From assembly GCA_041158505.1 (NCBI GenBank), contig JBEBBG010000010.1, forward strand, positions 1 to 54,779: a DNA stretch of 54,779 bases, read 5' to 3'. The notes beneath the pieces are model-generated. The model was not told the origin of the DNA. It did no database searches and was given only the letters and a program-made list of their open reading frames with translations. Shown here in pieces: positions 44,296 through 54,151 of the stretch; within the stretch, counting starts at the first letter, position 1, and every line of letters begins with the position of its first letter. The DNA is from Candidatus Parcubacteria bacterium (GTDB taxonomy: Bacteria; Patescibacteriota; Minisyncoccia; Phycocordibacterales; JAACPR01). The translations under genes were made by a program, and so were the position numbers.

Positions 44296-45318
44296 TTACT
44301 TACCAGCAGCACCAAGCTTTGCAACGTGCTCTACGAGCGCGTGCGTGTACCCCATTTCGTTGTCATACCATGAGAGCACTTTTACGAGGTTGCCATCGAC
44401 AACGCGCGTAAAGGCAAGATCAGCAATCGCCGCGTGTGTATCCCCCGCGATATCACTCGACACCACGTCATCTTCAGTAACGGTAAAAATTCCCTTCCAA
44501 CGCGGCTCATGTGATGCGGCGCGCAGAATCTTGTTCACCTCCTCCGCAGACGTTGGGCGCTTTGCAATAAAGGTGATGTCCGCAATTGACCCGACAATGA
44601 CCGGTACTCGAAGCGAGATGCCATCGAACTTATTAGTGAGCTGTGGGAGCACTTTTGCAACAGCAATAGCAGCACCGGTTGAAGACGGTACAATGTTGTG
44701 CGCAGCCGCTCGGCCCTCACGCAAATCTTTTTTGCTTGGACCATCGACAAGCGACTGTGATGCGGTGTATGCATGCACGGTACTGAGCAACGCTTTTTCA
44801 ATACCAATTGCTTCATCAAGAATTGCAATAAGCGGGCTTGATGCATTTGTTGTACACGATGCATTTGAGGTAACGACGCAGGTGTTAAGCTTTTCCTCAT
44901 TGAGGCCCATGAGGATTGTTCCGTGCGTATCTTGCTGCGGATCATCTTTTGCAGGTGCAGAGATAACTACTTTTCGCGCACCAGCTTTGGTAACGTGCAC
45001 TTCTGCATCAGCAAACTTTGTAAAGAAGCCGGTTGATTCCACTACGACATCAACACCAAGCTTCCCCCATGGAAGCATGGCTGGATCTTTTTCTGCAAAA
45101 ACTGCAACCTCCTTACCATCAACAAGTAAGTTGCCACCAGACACAGAAACGCTAAATGGGGCGCGACCGTATGCACTGTCGTACTGCAGCAAGTACGCGA
45201 GATTTTCTACACTACCCAAATCGTTAATTGCAACAACAGTAATATCGTCTCGCTGCTTTGCCAATCGGAAAAATGCTCGTCCAATACGTCCAAAACCATT
45301 AATTGCTACCGTAATCAT
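44296..45318 (-). CDS. gap: Type I glyceraldehyde-3-phosphate dehydrogenase
   Basis: VAINGFGRIGR, the catalytic SNASCTTN, and WYDNEMGY. Confidence 0.95.
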   Translation of the reverse strand: MITVAINGFGRIGRAFFRLAKQRDDITVVAINDLGSVENLAYLLQYDSAYGRAPFSVSVSGGNLLVDGKEVAVFAEKDPAMLPWGKLGVDVVVESTGFFTKFADAEVHVTKAGARKVVISAPAKDDPQQDTHGTILMGLNEEKLNTCVVTSNASCTTNASSPLIAILDEAIGIEKALLSTVHAYTASQSLVDGPSKKDLREGRAAAHNIVPSSTGAAIAVAKVLPQLTNKFDGISLRVPVIVGSIADITFIAKRPTSAEEVNKILRAASHEPRWKGIFTVTEDDVVSSDIAGDTHAAIADLAFTRVVDGNLVKVLSWYDNEMGYTHALVEHVAKLGAAGK

Positions 45319-45377
45319 AAGCTCTTACCTTAAGTTTATAAGTTATGGCTCTAGTATAACAGAGAGGAGAAATAGCA

Positions 45378-46793
45378 CTACGAAAGCTTGCTCACGAAGA
45401 GCTCTTTGAGCATTTGCGGGTTTGCGGCCCCCTTTGAGAGCTTCATACCTTGCCCAATCAAAAACTGCAGTGAAGCTTCTTTGCCACCTCGATACTCCTC
45501 CACAACGGTTGGGTGCTCAGTAATTACCTGATCAATGATTGCGGCGATTGCGTCAGTATTACTCTCTTGTTTGAGGCCTCGCTTTTCAGCAATCTCTACA
45601 GGATCACCGCCCTCAGTAACCATAATTGCCAAAATATCTTTCGCACCACGACTCGACACGGTATTTTCTACAAGCATCGCAATCAACTGCTTAAAAGCTT
45701 GTGCGGTTGGAATAGCAGCACCATCTTTTGTAAGCGCAACGAGATCAGAAGTGATGTAGTTTGCCGCCAATTTTGTAAATGAAGCATCGGCACCACGGAT
45801 GACATCATCAAAGAATTGTGCAAGCTCAAGGTTACCAACAAAGAGCATCGCAGCATCCTCGCTAATACCTGTCTCTCGCATCAGCCGCCCCTTTTTCTCC
45901 CACGGCAACTCAGGCAACCCATCCTTAAGCGCATCGAGATCAAAGAGTTCATGGAGCATCAGCTTCGGCAAATCGGGCTCCGGGAAGTAACGGTAGTCGT
46001 CTGAGGTTTCTTTGCGGCGCTGACTAAACGTTCGTCCTGTGTTTTCATCCCAACCGCGTGTCTCCTGCACAATCTCATCACCACGTCCTGCTTCCAAAAG
46101 CTCAATCATTCGAGCAACCTCGTACTCAATTGCCTTTTCGACAACCTTAAATGAGTTCAAGTTTTTCACCTCAACCTTTGTGCCAAGCTTGTCGGAATCA
46201 GAGACAGAAATATTTGCTTCAACGCGCATCTCCCCTTTCTCCATGTTCGCATCACCCGCCCCAAGGTATCGCAGCAGCTGCTGTAGCGATTTTGCAAACG
46301 TAACCGCTTCTTCTGCAGAGTGAATCACCGGCTCCGTCACCAGCTCCATCAACGGCACCCCTGCACGATTGTAATCAACCAAGCTAAAGTCGCCGCGATC
46401 GTGCTTTGAGGTACCCGTGTCTTCTTCGAGGTGAATACGAGTAATACCAACATTGCCAATTGAACCACCGGTCACAATCGGATATGCGTACTGGCTAATT
46501 TGGTACCCCTTTGGAATATCTGGGTAGAAGTAGTTCTTTCGATCAAACTCAGTGAAGTTTGCAATCGAGCCACCAACAGCAAGGCCAACACGAATCACGT
46601 GCTCAACCGCCTGTTTATTAATTGTAGGAAGGGTACCCGGATGTCCGAGATCAATGGGATGAATATTAACGTTTGGTGTCGCCTCATCTGCGTCGTTTCG
46701 CGATGGGCTAAACATCTTCGTCAGTGTTTTGAGCTCCGCGTGCACCTCAAGCCCAACCGTCACCTTGTACTTCCCTGTTTGCATAGAGGCCAT
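45378..46793 (-). CDS. gatB: Asp-tRNA(Asn)/Glu-tRNA(Gln) amidotransferase subunit B
   Basis: YKVTVGLEVHAEL and a GatB/YqeY C-terminal domain. The alternative start ATG 46784 (MQTGKYKV) has TGcTAGTAT 7 nt upstream. Confidence 0.92.
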   Translation of the reverse strand: MASMQTGKYKVTVGLEVHAELKTLTKMFSPSRNDADEATPNVNIHPIDLGHPGTLPTINKQAVEHVIRVGLAVGGSIANFTEFDRKNYFYPDIPKGYQISQYAYPIVTGGSIGNVGITRIHLEEDTGTSKHDRGDFSLVDYNRAGVPLMELVTEPVIHSAEEAVTFAKSLQQLLRYLGAGDANMEKGEMRVEANISVSDSDKLGTKVEVKNLNSFKVVEKAIEYEVARMIELLEAGRGDEIVQETRGWDENTGRTFSQRRKETSDDYRYFPEPDLPKLMLHELFDLDALKDGLPELPWEKKGRLMRETGISEDAAMLFVGNLELAQFFDDVIRGADASFTKLAANYITSDLVALTKDGAAIPTAQAFKQLIAMLVENTVSSRGAKDILAIMVTEGGDPVEIAEKRGLKQESNTDAIAAIIDQVITEHPTVVEEYRGGKEASLQFLIGQGMKLSKGAANPQMLKELFVSKLS

Positions 46794-46827
46794 ACTAGCA
46801 CAGCTTGCGCATTTGCGTAGCCTACCA

Positions 46828-48036
46828 CTAGAAGCTTGAACTTACGTTGTAAATTGGGATGAGCACAGCTGCGAGCAAGGTTCCCACACCAAGACCGAGG
46901 AGCACAATCATCACTGGCTCAATGAGGTCAACGAGCGTATCGACAGAGTTGGTCACCTCTCGACGGTAGAACTTTGCGAGTGTTGAAAGAATTTCGCCAA
47001 GGTTACCCGTTTCTTCTCCAACCTTAATCATCTGGATCAAAATGTTTGGGAAATCTTCGTGGCGCGCGAATGCATCAGAGACTGATGAACCACCCTTCAC
47101 GTCCTCAGTGGCACCACGAATTGCGGTAAGGAAAATTTGGTTATCGACAACTGACTCAGTAAGTTCAAGCGTCTTTACCATCGGAATTCCTGAAGCGAGC
47201 ATCGTGTTCATGTTGTCGGCAAGACGTGATAGATAGAGCATACGGTAGAGCTTTCCGACGTATGGAATTTCAAGCTTGAAACGATCGAATGACTCACGTC
47301 CGGCAGGTGTCTTTTGGAATCGAATGAGAGCAAAAACACCGATAATCACACCAAAGAATAGGTAAATACCGTAATTTACAAAGAAGTTCGAGAGACCAAT
47401 AACAATTTGCGTGTAAATTGGCACCTCCTGCCCTGAGTCGATGAGAATCTGGCTAATCTTTGGAATCACCAACGTGAGCATGAGGATCATCACAATGAAA
47501 AAAGTACTAATCACAAACGCTGGGTAGATGAGGGCATTCTTTGCTTTTGAGGTCACCTCATACGTTCGATCGAGGTAATCAGCCAAAAAGAGAAGCACCT
47601 CATCGAGCCGTCCCGACTCTTCACCAGCGCGCACCATCGCAATGTAAAACGAGCTAAACACATCTTTGTGCTTTTCCATTGCATTTGAAATTGAACTACC
47701 GCCCTGAAGGTCACTCACAATCTCTGAGAGCTTTCGTGCAAGCTTTGGATTTTCAGTCTCTGATGCCATGAGCTGGAAGACGCGAAGCGCTGACACCTGC
47801 GCCTCAAAAAGCGTTGCCAACTGGCGTGACAAGATAACAATGTCTTTGTTACTGACACGCTCAAGGAAGGTAAGATTTTTTGACCACACGCTGCCCCGCC
47901 CCTCTGCTTCTGCAATACCAGAAATAATGTACCCACGGCGCTGTAGTGATGAAATAGCAATATCAACGTTAATCGCCTCGATGGTTCCATCGCGTTGGCT
48001 TCCGTCTTTATCAATTGCACTGTAGGTAAACAGCAT
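46828..48036 (-). CDS. pilC: Type IV pilus platform protein PilC (T2SS F family)
   Basis: Two T2SSF repeats and three TM segments in 402 aa. TATAAT sits 11 nt upstream of the ATG. Confidence 0.9.
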   Translation of the reverse strand: MLFTYSAIDKDGSQRDGTIEAINVDIAISSLQRRGYIISGIAEAEGRGSVWSKNLTFLERVSNKDIVILSRQLATLFEAQVSALRVFQLMASETENPKLARKLSEIVSDLQGGSSISNAMEKHKDVFSSFYIAMVRAGEESGRLDEVLLFLADYLDRTYEVTSKAKNALIYPAFVISTFFIVMILMLTLVIPKISQILIDSGQEVPIYTQIVIGLSNFFVNYGIYLFFGVIIGVFALIRFQKTPAGRESFDRFKLEIPYVGKLYRMLYLSRLADNMNTMLASGIPMVKTLELTESVVDNQIFLTAIRGATEDVKGGSSVSDAFARHEDFPNILIQMIKVGEETGNLGEILSTLAKFYRREVTNSVDTLVDLIEPVMIVLLGLGVGTLLAAVLIPIYNVSSSF

Positions 48037-48048
48037 AGGTAGTTTCTA

Positions 48049-49119
48049 TTATAGCAGTCTCTCGAGCACGTTTGGTCTAAACGAGTGCAAGTAGGCATTC
48101 TCTACGGTAATCTCGCCGCGTCGGACAAGCTCAGCAAGCGATCGATTCATATCAATCATGCCATGCTCCATACCAGTTTCAATAACGGTATCGATCTCGT
48201 GCGTGCGCTTCTCGCGAATAAGGTTTTGTACGGCGTTTGTATTAATGAGCAACTCATACGCAGGAATCTGTCCGCCAGAAATACGCGGGATAAGTCGTTG
48301 TGAAAAGATGCCGATCAGTGACCCTGCAAGCTGCACTCGAATCTGATCCTGTTGATCACCCGGGAACGAGTCAATAATACGATCAATCGTCTGTGCCGCA
48401 TTGTTGGTGTGCAGCGTTGAGAATACAAGGTGGCCCGTTTCGGCAGCAGTTACTGCGGCCGCAATCGTATCGTGTCCGCGCATCTCACCCACAAGAATCA
48501 CATCGACATCCTGACGAAATGTTCCAAGCAGTGCAGATTGGAAACTCTCAGTATCAATTGAAACTTCACGCTGATCGATAATTGAACGCTTTTGCTCGTA
48601 TACGTACTCAATTGGGTGCTCAATCGTAATGATGTGCTCAGCACGCTCTTGGTTGATGAGCTCAATCATTGCAGCAAGTGTTGTGGTTTTTCCCTGCCCT
48701 ACAGGACCTACGATGAGAAAGAATCCCTGCTTTTTGCGCGCAAATGTTTCAAGAATTGGAGGAAGTGCAAGTTCTTGGAGCGTTTTAATAACGCGCGGAA
48801 TATGCCGCAAGACAATACCCGGACGACCCTGCTGTACAAATGCGTTACCACGGAAGCGATTACCATCATTATGCTCATATGCAAAATCGAGCTCCTGTGT
48901 TTCTCGGAAACGCTGGTACTGCGCGTCATTTACAAATGCTTTGAGCAACCCATCGGTATCTTCTTTGGTGAGCATTGGACGATTCATGAGTGGCACCAAC
49001 GTTCCAGCGGTACGCACTGTTGGATGTCGCCCCTCAGAAAGGTGTAGATCTGATCCAGACTGCTTAACAACTGAATCAATGAGCTCGTTAAGTAGCTGTT
49101 TATACTGTGTGTTGTCCAT
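48049..49119 (-). CDS. pilT: Type IV pilus retraction ATPase PilT
   Basis: GSDLHL, Walker A GPVGQGKTTT, IITIEHPIEY, VILVGEMR and AAETGHLVFSTLHTN in 356 aa. Confidence 0.9.
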   Translation of the reverse strand: MDNTQYKQLLNELIDSVVKQSGSDLHLSEGRHPTVRTAGTLVPLMNRPMLTKEDTDGLLKAFVNDAQYQRFRETQELDFAYEHNDGNRFRGNAFVQQGRPGIVLRHIPRVIKTLQELALPPILETFARKKQGFFLIVGPVGQGKTTTLAAMIELINQERAEHIITIEHPIEYVYEQKRSIIDQREVSIDTESFQSALLGTFRQDVDVILVGEMRGHDTIAAAVTAAETGHLVFSTLHTNNAAQTIDRIIDSFPGDQQDQIRVQLAGSLIGIFSQRLIPRISGGQIPAYELLINTNAVQNLIREKRTHEIDTVIETGMEHGMIDMNRSLAELVRRGEITVENAYLHSFRPNVLERLL

Positions 49120-49123
49120 ACAA

Positions 49124-49516
49124 TTAGGCGTTATGAATCTTCTCTACTTCTTGTAAAACTTCTGTTGGCGTGCTGAGCGCTTTAATAATGTACCCATCAA
49201 CGGCGTACTGCTTTGAGGTGTCGATATCTGACTGCTGACCTTGATTTGAGAGCACAATCAGCGTTGCATCAGGTGCGAGCTTTTGGGCTCGTAGCTGTTC
49301 TGCAAACCCCCAACCACCAATACCCGGCATAATAATGTCGAAGATAATAATGTCTGGCAGCAAATCTCCCTTGAGTGCGTCGATTGCCTCTTGCGGATCA
49401 CTAATTGCGGTCACCTCATACCCGGCATTCTTAAACTTAAGTGCGTACATGTCGAGCAAAAAAGAATCATCGTCGACAAGTAGTACATGTGCTTTTTTAT
49501 CTGGTGCCTCCGCCAT
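49124..49516 (-). CDS. Stand-alone response-regulator receiver (CheY-like)
   Basis: VLLVDDD, the phospho-acceptor context IIIFDIIMPG, and a conserved Lys (YIIKA). There is no output domain. Confidence 0.88.
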   Translation of the reverse strand: MAEAPDKKAHVLLVDDDSFLLDMYALKFKNAGYEVTAISDPQEAIDALKGDLLPDIIIFDIIMPGIGGWGFAEQLRAQKLAPDATLIVLSNQGQQSDIDTSKQYAVDGYIIKALSTPTEVLQEVEKIHNA

Positions 49517-49532
49517 AGCTGCTTCAAGTATA

Positions 49533-51248
49533 TCAGAGCTTATTAATTTCCTCGAACGGAACTTCGCGCTTAAGTGATTTTATAATTGCATGTTCACGCA
49601 TAGTAATCATACCCTGCTTACGAGCAGTATCGTAGACCGCTGTTTCCACTGGATTTTCAAGAATTACCCGCTCAATTTCTCGGCTCATTTCAAACATCTC
49701 AAATACAGCCTCTCGGCCGCGAGTTCCATTCGGACAATCTGGTGTTGGCTTTAATTTAATCACCTCCTTCATTTCGGGCACATCAACACGGAATGCTTCT
49801 GGCAAGTCGGCAAATTGCTTATCGAGCATTGTTTTGATTGCCCCTTCAACAGGAACAACTTCGCCAGATCCCGGGCAAATCTTGCGCACAAGACGTTGAG
49901 CGATACCAAGCTGCAGCACCGGCGGGATAAGGTATGGATCAATACCCATATCAATCAGACGCGGCACGATACCTGCTGCACTGTTGGTGTGAATGGTTGA
50001 AAACACCAAGTGACCTGTGAGTGATGCCTGTATAGCTAGTCGTGCCGTTTCTGCGTCTCGAATCTCACCCACCAAGATAACATCCGGGTCTTGTCGAAGC
50101 GTCGTTCGTAGTCCATTTGCAAACGTGTAGCCAATTTCAGGTCGAACCTGTGACTGGCTCACTCCTTCAATTGAGTATTCGACCGGATCTTCGAGCGAAA
50201 GTACGTTTCTCGTCTCTTTATCGAGCGCATCAAGAATCGAGTACAGTGTTGTCGTCTTTCCTGAACCAGTTGGACCAGAAATGAGCACCATACCATACGG
50301 CTTATCAATATTCTTTTTGAGTAGTTCGAGCTGCTGTGGCAAAAAGCCAAGTTCCTCAAGTTTCTTAACACCCTTCTCCTGATCAAGAATTCGCATTACC
50401 ACTTTTTCACCATAGTACGAAGGGAATGTTGAAACACGAAAATCTATTTTTCGATTCTGCACACGCGCAGAAAAACGGCCGTCTTGTGGCATGCGCTTTT
50501 CATCAAGCTTCATACGCGAAAGAATTTTGATACGAGCAACGACAGAGTCGTGCACCTTTGACGGCAAAATAATACTTGTCATCAACTCACCATCCACTCG
50601 AAACCGAACACGAACTTTGTCGCGCATTGTTTCAATGTGTACGTCACTCGCGTTTCCTTCAACTGCGTACCGCAAAATGGTTGCAACGATTTTCTTTACC
50701 GGTGCGTCTTCAATGATTTTTGTTTCATCGATATTGTGCTGGAGCTCCTTGTCGATTGTATCCTCCTGAGTATCAACCAACTCATTTTCCTCAAGCTCTG
50801 AGAGTGCTTTCGTCACCGTACCAGAAAGTCCTTTGTATACATTGAGTACACGTTCAAAATCTGCTTCAGAGACAAGGAAAAGCTTAAACGGAATATCTTC
50901 ACGTGATGCAATAAAGTTCAACGCGTCACGTGCTTCGATATCTTCTGGGTTAACAATACCCACTTCAAGAAATCCACCAGAGAGAGCAATCGGAACGAAA
51001 CGGTAGTGCATCGCAGATTCTTCTGGAATGTAGCGAAGAATATCAAAAGGCACCTCAACATTAGTAAGGTCGCGTGACGGCATATTGTAGTACTCGCTCT
51101 TTGCCGCCATGAGCTCTTGCATGCCAATACCCTGCTCACGAAGCAGTTCATCAAGACTTTTGCCAGACGTTCGTATCGACTCTTTAAGTGAGGCGATACT
51201 TTTTTTGTCGAGCAGCTCTTTTTCAGCAAGGAATTCCAGGATGCTCAT
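49533..51248 (-). CDS. pilB: Type IV pilus assembly ATPase PilB (GspE family)
   Basis: GSPII_E N-terminal domain, Walker A GPTGSGKTTT, VILVGEIRD and SLTGHLVFSTIHTN. TATAAT sits 11 nt upstream of the ATG. Confidence 0.92.
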   Translation of the reverse strand: MSILEFLAEKELLDKKSIASLKESIRTSGKSLDELLREQGIGMQELMAAKSEYYNMPSRDLTNVEVPFDILRYIPEESAMHYRFVPIALSGGFLEVGIVNPEDIEARDALNFIASREDIPFKLFLVSEADFERVLNVYKGLSGTVTKALSELEENELVDTQEDTIDKELQHNIDETKIIEDAPVKKIVATILRYAVEGNASDVHIETMRDKVRVRFRVDGELMTSIILPSKVHDSVVARIKILSRMKLDEKRMPQDGRFSARVQNRKIDFRVSTFPSYYGEKVVMRILDQEKGVKKLEELGFLPQQLELLKKNIDKPYGMVLISGPTGSGKTTTLYSILDALDKETRNVLSLEDPVEYSIEGVSQSQVRPEIGYTFANGLRTTLRQDPDVILVGEIRDAETARLAIQASLTGHLVFSTIHTNSAAGIVPRLIDMGIDPYLIPPVLQLGIAQRLVRKICPGSGEVVPVEGAIKTMLDKQFADLPEAFRVDVPEMKEVIKLKPTPDCPNGTRGREAVFEMFEMSREIERVILENPVETAVYDTARKQGMITMREHAIIKSLKREVPFEEINKL

Positions 51249-51260
51249 AGGCTCTCTCTA

Positions 51261-51659
51261 TTATATGCTCGACTGTGCGTTTGGGACGATTGTGTTTTGT
51301 TTTGGTGTTGATTGTACCTCCCGAATCTCTGGTACATCCCCAGCGCGAACAGGAACCGATGAACCAATTGGATCAAACGGATTCACCTTACCGACCTTTT
51401 CCTCTGGGATGACCTGGCTTCGATCAATGAGCGACAAGTATACTGGATTACTAAAGATGTCTTTACTCAAACGAAGCGTATTAACCTGGTTTAAGGCAGT
51501 AATAATTTCATTACCAACGAGCGCAGCTTCGGTTTCTTCAGGAGTTGTAACGAGCGCAACGTCATCAGTTGGTGCCCCTGTCATAAATGAGTAGACAACA
51601 AGCCCAACAAGCGCGACACCGATGACAATGATTGCTATTTTGTATTTTCTGAAAAACAT
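51261..51659 (-). CDS. Hypothetical membrane-anchored protein in PilP position of the pilus operon
   Basis: 132 aa with N-terminal TM IAIIVIGVALVGLVVYSF. It lies between pilO and pilB. Confidence 0.6.
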   Translation of the reverse strand: MFFRKYKIAIIVIGVALVGLVVYSFMTGAPTDDVALVTTPEETEAALVGNEIITALNQVNTLRLSKDIFSNPVYLSLIDRSQVIPEEKVGKVNPFDPIGSSVPVRAGDVPEIREVQSTPKQNTIVPNAQSSI

Positions 51660-51664
51660 ATGCG

Positions 51665-52225
51665 TTATCGTAACCAGTAGGTATCAAGAGTAATATCGAA
51701 GTTGTAGAAAATATTATCACCTCGACTTGGATTGATTTCCAGAGCGCGAATATCAACAAGTCGTAGCGCTCGTTCAAGTGACTTTATGAACCCAACAAAT
51801 TTTTCGTAGGTTGCTTCAACAGAGAAACTCAAGGTAATCGTACCAATATCATTGCTTGTCGTAATTGTTGAAGCAGTATTTGTCTGACGGCGCTCAAGCT
51901 GCTCCCCTTCTCGAGTCACCGAGATATCTCGAATCTCGATACCCGACTCTGCGGCAATATTGCTGATATCAAGAATAAGCCGAACGTTATCGACGGTATC
52001 AGGAAGCAATTTCGTTAGATTCTCGCGTTCCTCTGGACTAATTGCTGTGTACGCGTCGTGAAGTTCGTCACGTTTTCGCTGTAGCTGCTCTGCAAGGGTG
52101 AGCATGGTGTCATTATCTGCCTTCTTTGTCCGTAGTTCCTGCATCTTTTCGAATTGAGGATCAATGAACAAGAAGAACGTTAGTATCGCGAGCGCAAGGA
52201 GGATGAATGGTAGGTATCGGTTCAT
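51665..52225 (-). CDS. pilO: PilO-like pilus assembly protein
   Basis: Single TM, then a coiled coil, then a ferredoxin-like C-terminal region, following pilN. Start was set at ATG 52225; the tracked ORF starts at TTG 52240, inside pilN. Confidence 0.7.
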   Translation of the reverse strand: MNRYLPFILLALAILTFFLFIDPQFEKMQELRTKKADNDTMLTLAEQLQRKRDELHDAYTAISPEERENLTKLLPDTVDNVRLILDISNIAAESGIEIRDISVTREGEQLERRQTNTASTITTSNDIGTITLSFSVEATYEKFVGFIKSLERALRLVDIRALEINPSRGDNIFYNFDITLDTYWLR

Positions 52226-52229
52226 GGTA

Positions 52230-52931
52230 TTACGGTTCAATTACGGGCTCAGCACTCTGTTCGCCAAAGACACCTAGGTCAGCTTCATCTTCGAGCTGCT
52301 CAACCGCAGGTGGTTCTTCGGATACAGTTCCAACTGTTGGTGCAACGGCGCTCTTGAATGAAATAAGCTTTGGATCAAGAACGGCTTCAAATGTGAAATC
52401 AACGTTACCGCGAGGATTTGGCTCAAGACCAGAAAAGAGTACATCGCGCATGTACCCACTTTTACCAAACTGATCAGACTGCAGCACAATTGATCGGAAG
52501 CTGTCTCCTTCACCAGATGCCCTAATGATAATTTTACCATCGACGTTATCCGAGAAGGTAAAGTTGTTGAGTGACACCGTTTGCAACGTGCTTGCTTCAA
52601 GCTCGGCAAAAATAGCCGATGGAGATACGTGCCGTTCAAGTAGTCGCTCAGCCGAAACGATACGCTGATTGAGGCGTGTTGCTTGCGCAATAAAATTTGG
52701 TTCAAACGTTTGCTGCACCTCCCGAAGCATTGCTACCTGGTTCTCAATCTGACGCTCAAGCTGATTGTTGTAGAGGAAAATACCAGCACCAAACAGAACT
52801 GCCGCAAGAAAAACAACCGTAGCAAGAAGTGTAAGGAAATTTATACCCGCAAGTCGACTTACAGCAGAACCAGGCAATGGTCCCGCAATAGGTTTTTTTG
52901 GAATGAATGATGTTTTAAACTGCGGTTCCAT
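52230..52931 (-). CDS. pilN: PilN-like pilus assembly protein with acidic tail
   Basis: Short cytoplasmic N-terminus, TM (FLTLLATVVFLAAVLFGAGIFLY), coiled coil. It lies downstream of pilM. TATAAT sits 11 nt upstream of the ATG. Confidence 0.72.
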   Translation of the reverse strand: MEPQFKTSFIPKKPIAGPLPGSAVSRLAGINFLTLLATVVFLAAVLFGAGIFLYNNQLERQIENQVAMLREVQQTFEPNFIAQATRLNQRIVSAERLLERHVSPSAIFAELEASTLQTVSLNNFTFSDNVDGKIIIRASGEGDSFRSIVLQSDQFGKSGYMRDVLFSGLEPNPRGNVDFTFEAVLDPKLISFKSAVAPTVGTVSEEPPAVEQLEDEADLGVFGEQSAEPVIEP

Positions 52932-52988
52932 ACGTTGTCTCTATTATAGCAGTGAGTTCATTTTTCTGGCTACACAGTTTTCAAGGTT

Positions 52989-54116
52989 TTACCCAAGTTC
53001 CTGTAACCGGCGTAATGCAAGTCCAATAGCCGCGGCAAATCCAAGCCCTGCCTGCTTGAGCACTCCTTCCAAAAATGCAGGGGTTTCCACTTTGCCAAAT
53101 GGATTACCAAAAAGAACAGGCAGCGCAAGACGCTCTTGTGCTCTACGATCAATACCGTAAAGAAGCGAGCCGCCGCCGACCAAGAATACTTTCGAAACAT
53201 TCTTACTGTATCGCTTCTGAAAATTGAGTAGCACAGTATTTATTTCAGAAAGAACCGGCAGGAGCACGAGATCAATGATTTCTTTAATTTGTTCGTCTTG
53301 CTCGCGCGTGTTGCGTCCATAGTTTCGCTTTAGCTTTTCTGCAAACTCAACAGAAACATTGAGCGACTGCGCGATATTAAGCGTAATGTCCTGAGAACCT
53401 TTGCTGATAATATGTGAATCTCTAATGATGCCCCGTTCGACAATGTAGGCTTTTGTCACACCCGCGCCAAAGTCACAGATGAGTACTGGTGTATTGTCCC
53501 CCGCTTCAATAACTGCCCGTACAGTAGAAAACATTTCGATTTCAAAGAAACTTGTATCGAGCTTCGCGTTAGTAACGATACTACTGTACGTCTGAAGTAC
53601 GTCGTTATGAATTGCCACCACGAGCACTTCGACTTGTGGCATTTTGTGCTCACCCTCTGGAACACCCAGGTAGTCTTCTGGTTCTGGATCAATCTTTGGA
53701 ATCACAAACCAGTCCAGTGCAACTTCAGAAATTGGTACAGGAATATACTTACGGGCTTCAATTGGAATCATTTGCGCAAGCTGTGCATCTTTCATCTGCG
53801 GCATGCGAATAACCGATACCAAGCTTTGACGCATAGGAATTGAAATGGCAGAGCTTGTGGTAGTAACGTTTGCCTCTTTGAGGACATCGTTAATTGCTTC
53901 GACAAGCTTTTCTGGGGGGAGCTTTGTTGCTCGACCAGGCTCAAATCCTGCGTACGGTCCAAGTGCAAGCTCGCCGTACGTCTCGAGAATCGCTCGTCCA
54001 TTTTTACGACGCAGCTGCACTACTTTTATTGATGAAGAACCGATGTCGATACCGACAACGCTTGTCTCTCCCGCCTTTGAGAATGATTTGAGCAAATTAT
54101 TAAAAATGTTTGCCAT
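52989..54116 (-). CDS. pilM: PilM, actin-like ATPase of the type IV pilus
   Basis: MANIFNNLLKSF...VVGIDIGSSSIKVVQL, FGAGVTKAYIV and LVGGGS. Start was set at ATG 54116, with TGgTATACT 11 nt upstream. The upstream 50 codons overlap comF. Confidence 0.88.
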   Translation of the reverse strand: MANIFNNLLKSFSKAGETSVVGIDIGSSSIKVVQLRRKNGRAILETYGELALGPYAGFEPGRATKLPPEKLVEAINDVLKEANVTTTSSAISIPMRQSLVSVIRMPQMKDAQLAQMIPIEARKYIPVPISEVALDWFVIPKIDPEPEDYLGVPEGEHKMPQVEVLVVAIHNDVLQTYSSIVTNAKLDTSFFEIEMFSTVRAVIEAGDNTPVLICDFGAGVTKAYIVERGIIRDSHIISKGSQDITLNIAQSLNVSVEFAEKLKRNYGRNTREQDEQIKEIIDLVLLPVLSEINTVLLNFQKRYSKNVSKVFLVGGGSLLYGIDRRAQERLALPVLFGNPFGKVETPAFLEGVLKQAGLGFAAAIGLALRRLQELG

Positions 54117-54151
54117 GTGTTCTCTAAAGTATACCACGCAACTTTTTTCGT

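Noticed and set aside
44168-45409. 413-aa plus-strand ORF covering the gap gene region
   Set aside because: It is antisense to an unmistakable GAPDH (INGFGRIGR, SNASCTTN). The product is Ser/Thr/Ala/Cys-rich and low in complexity, so it is a shadow ORF.
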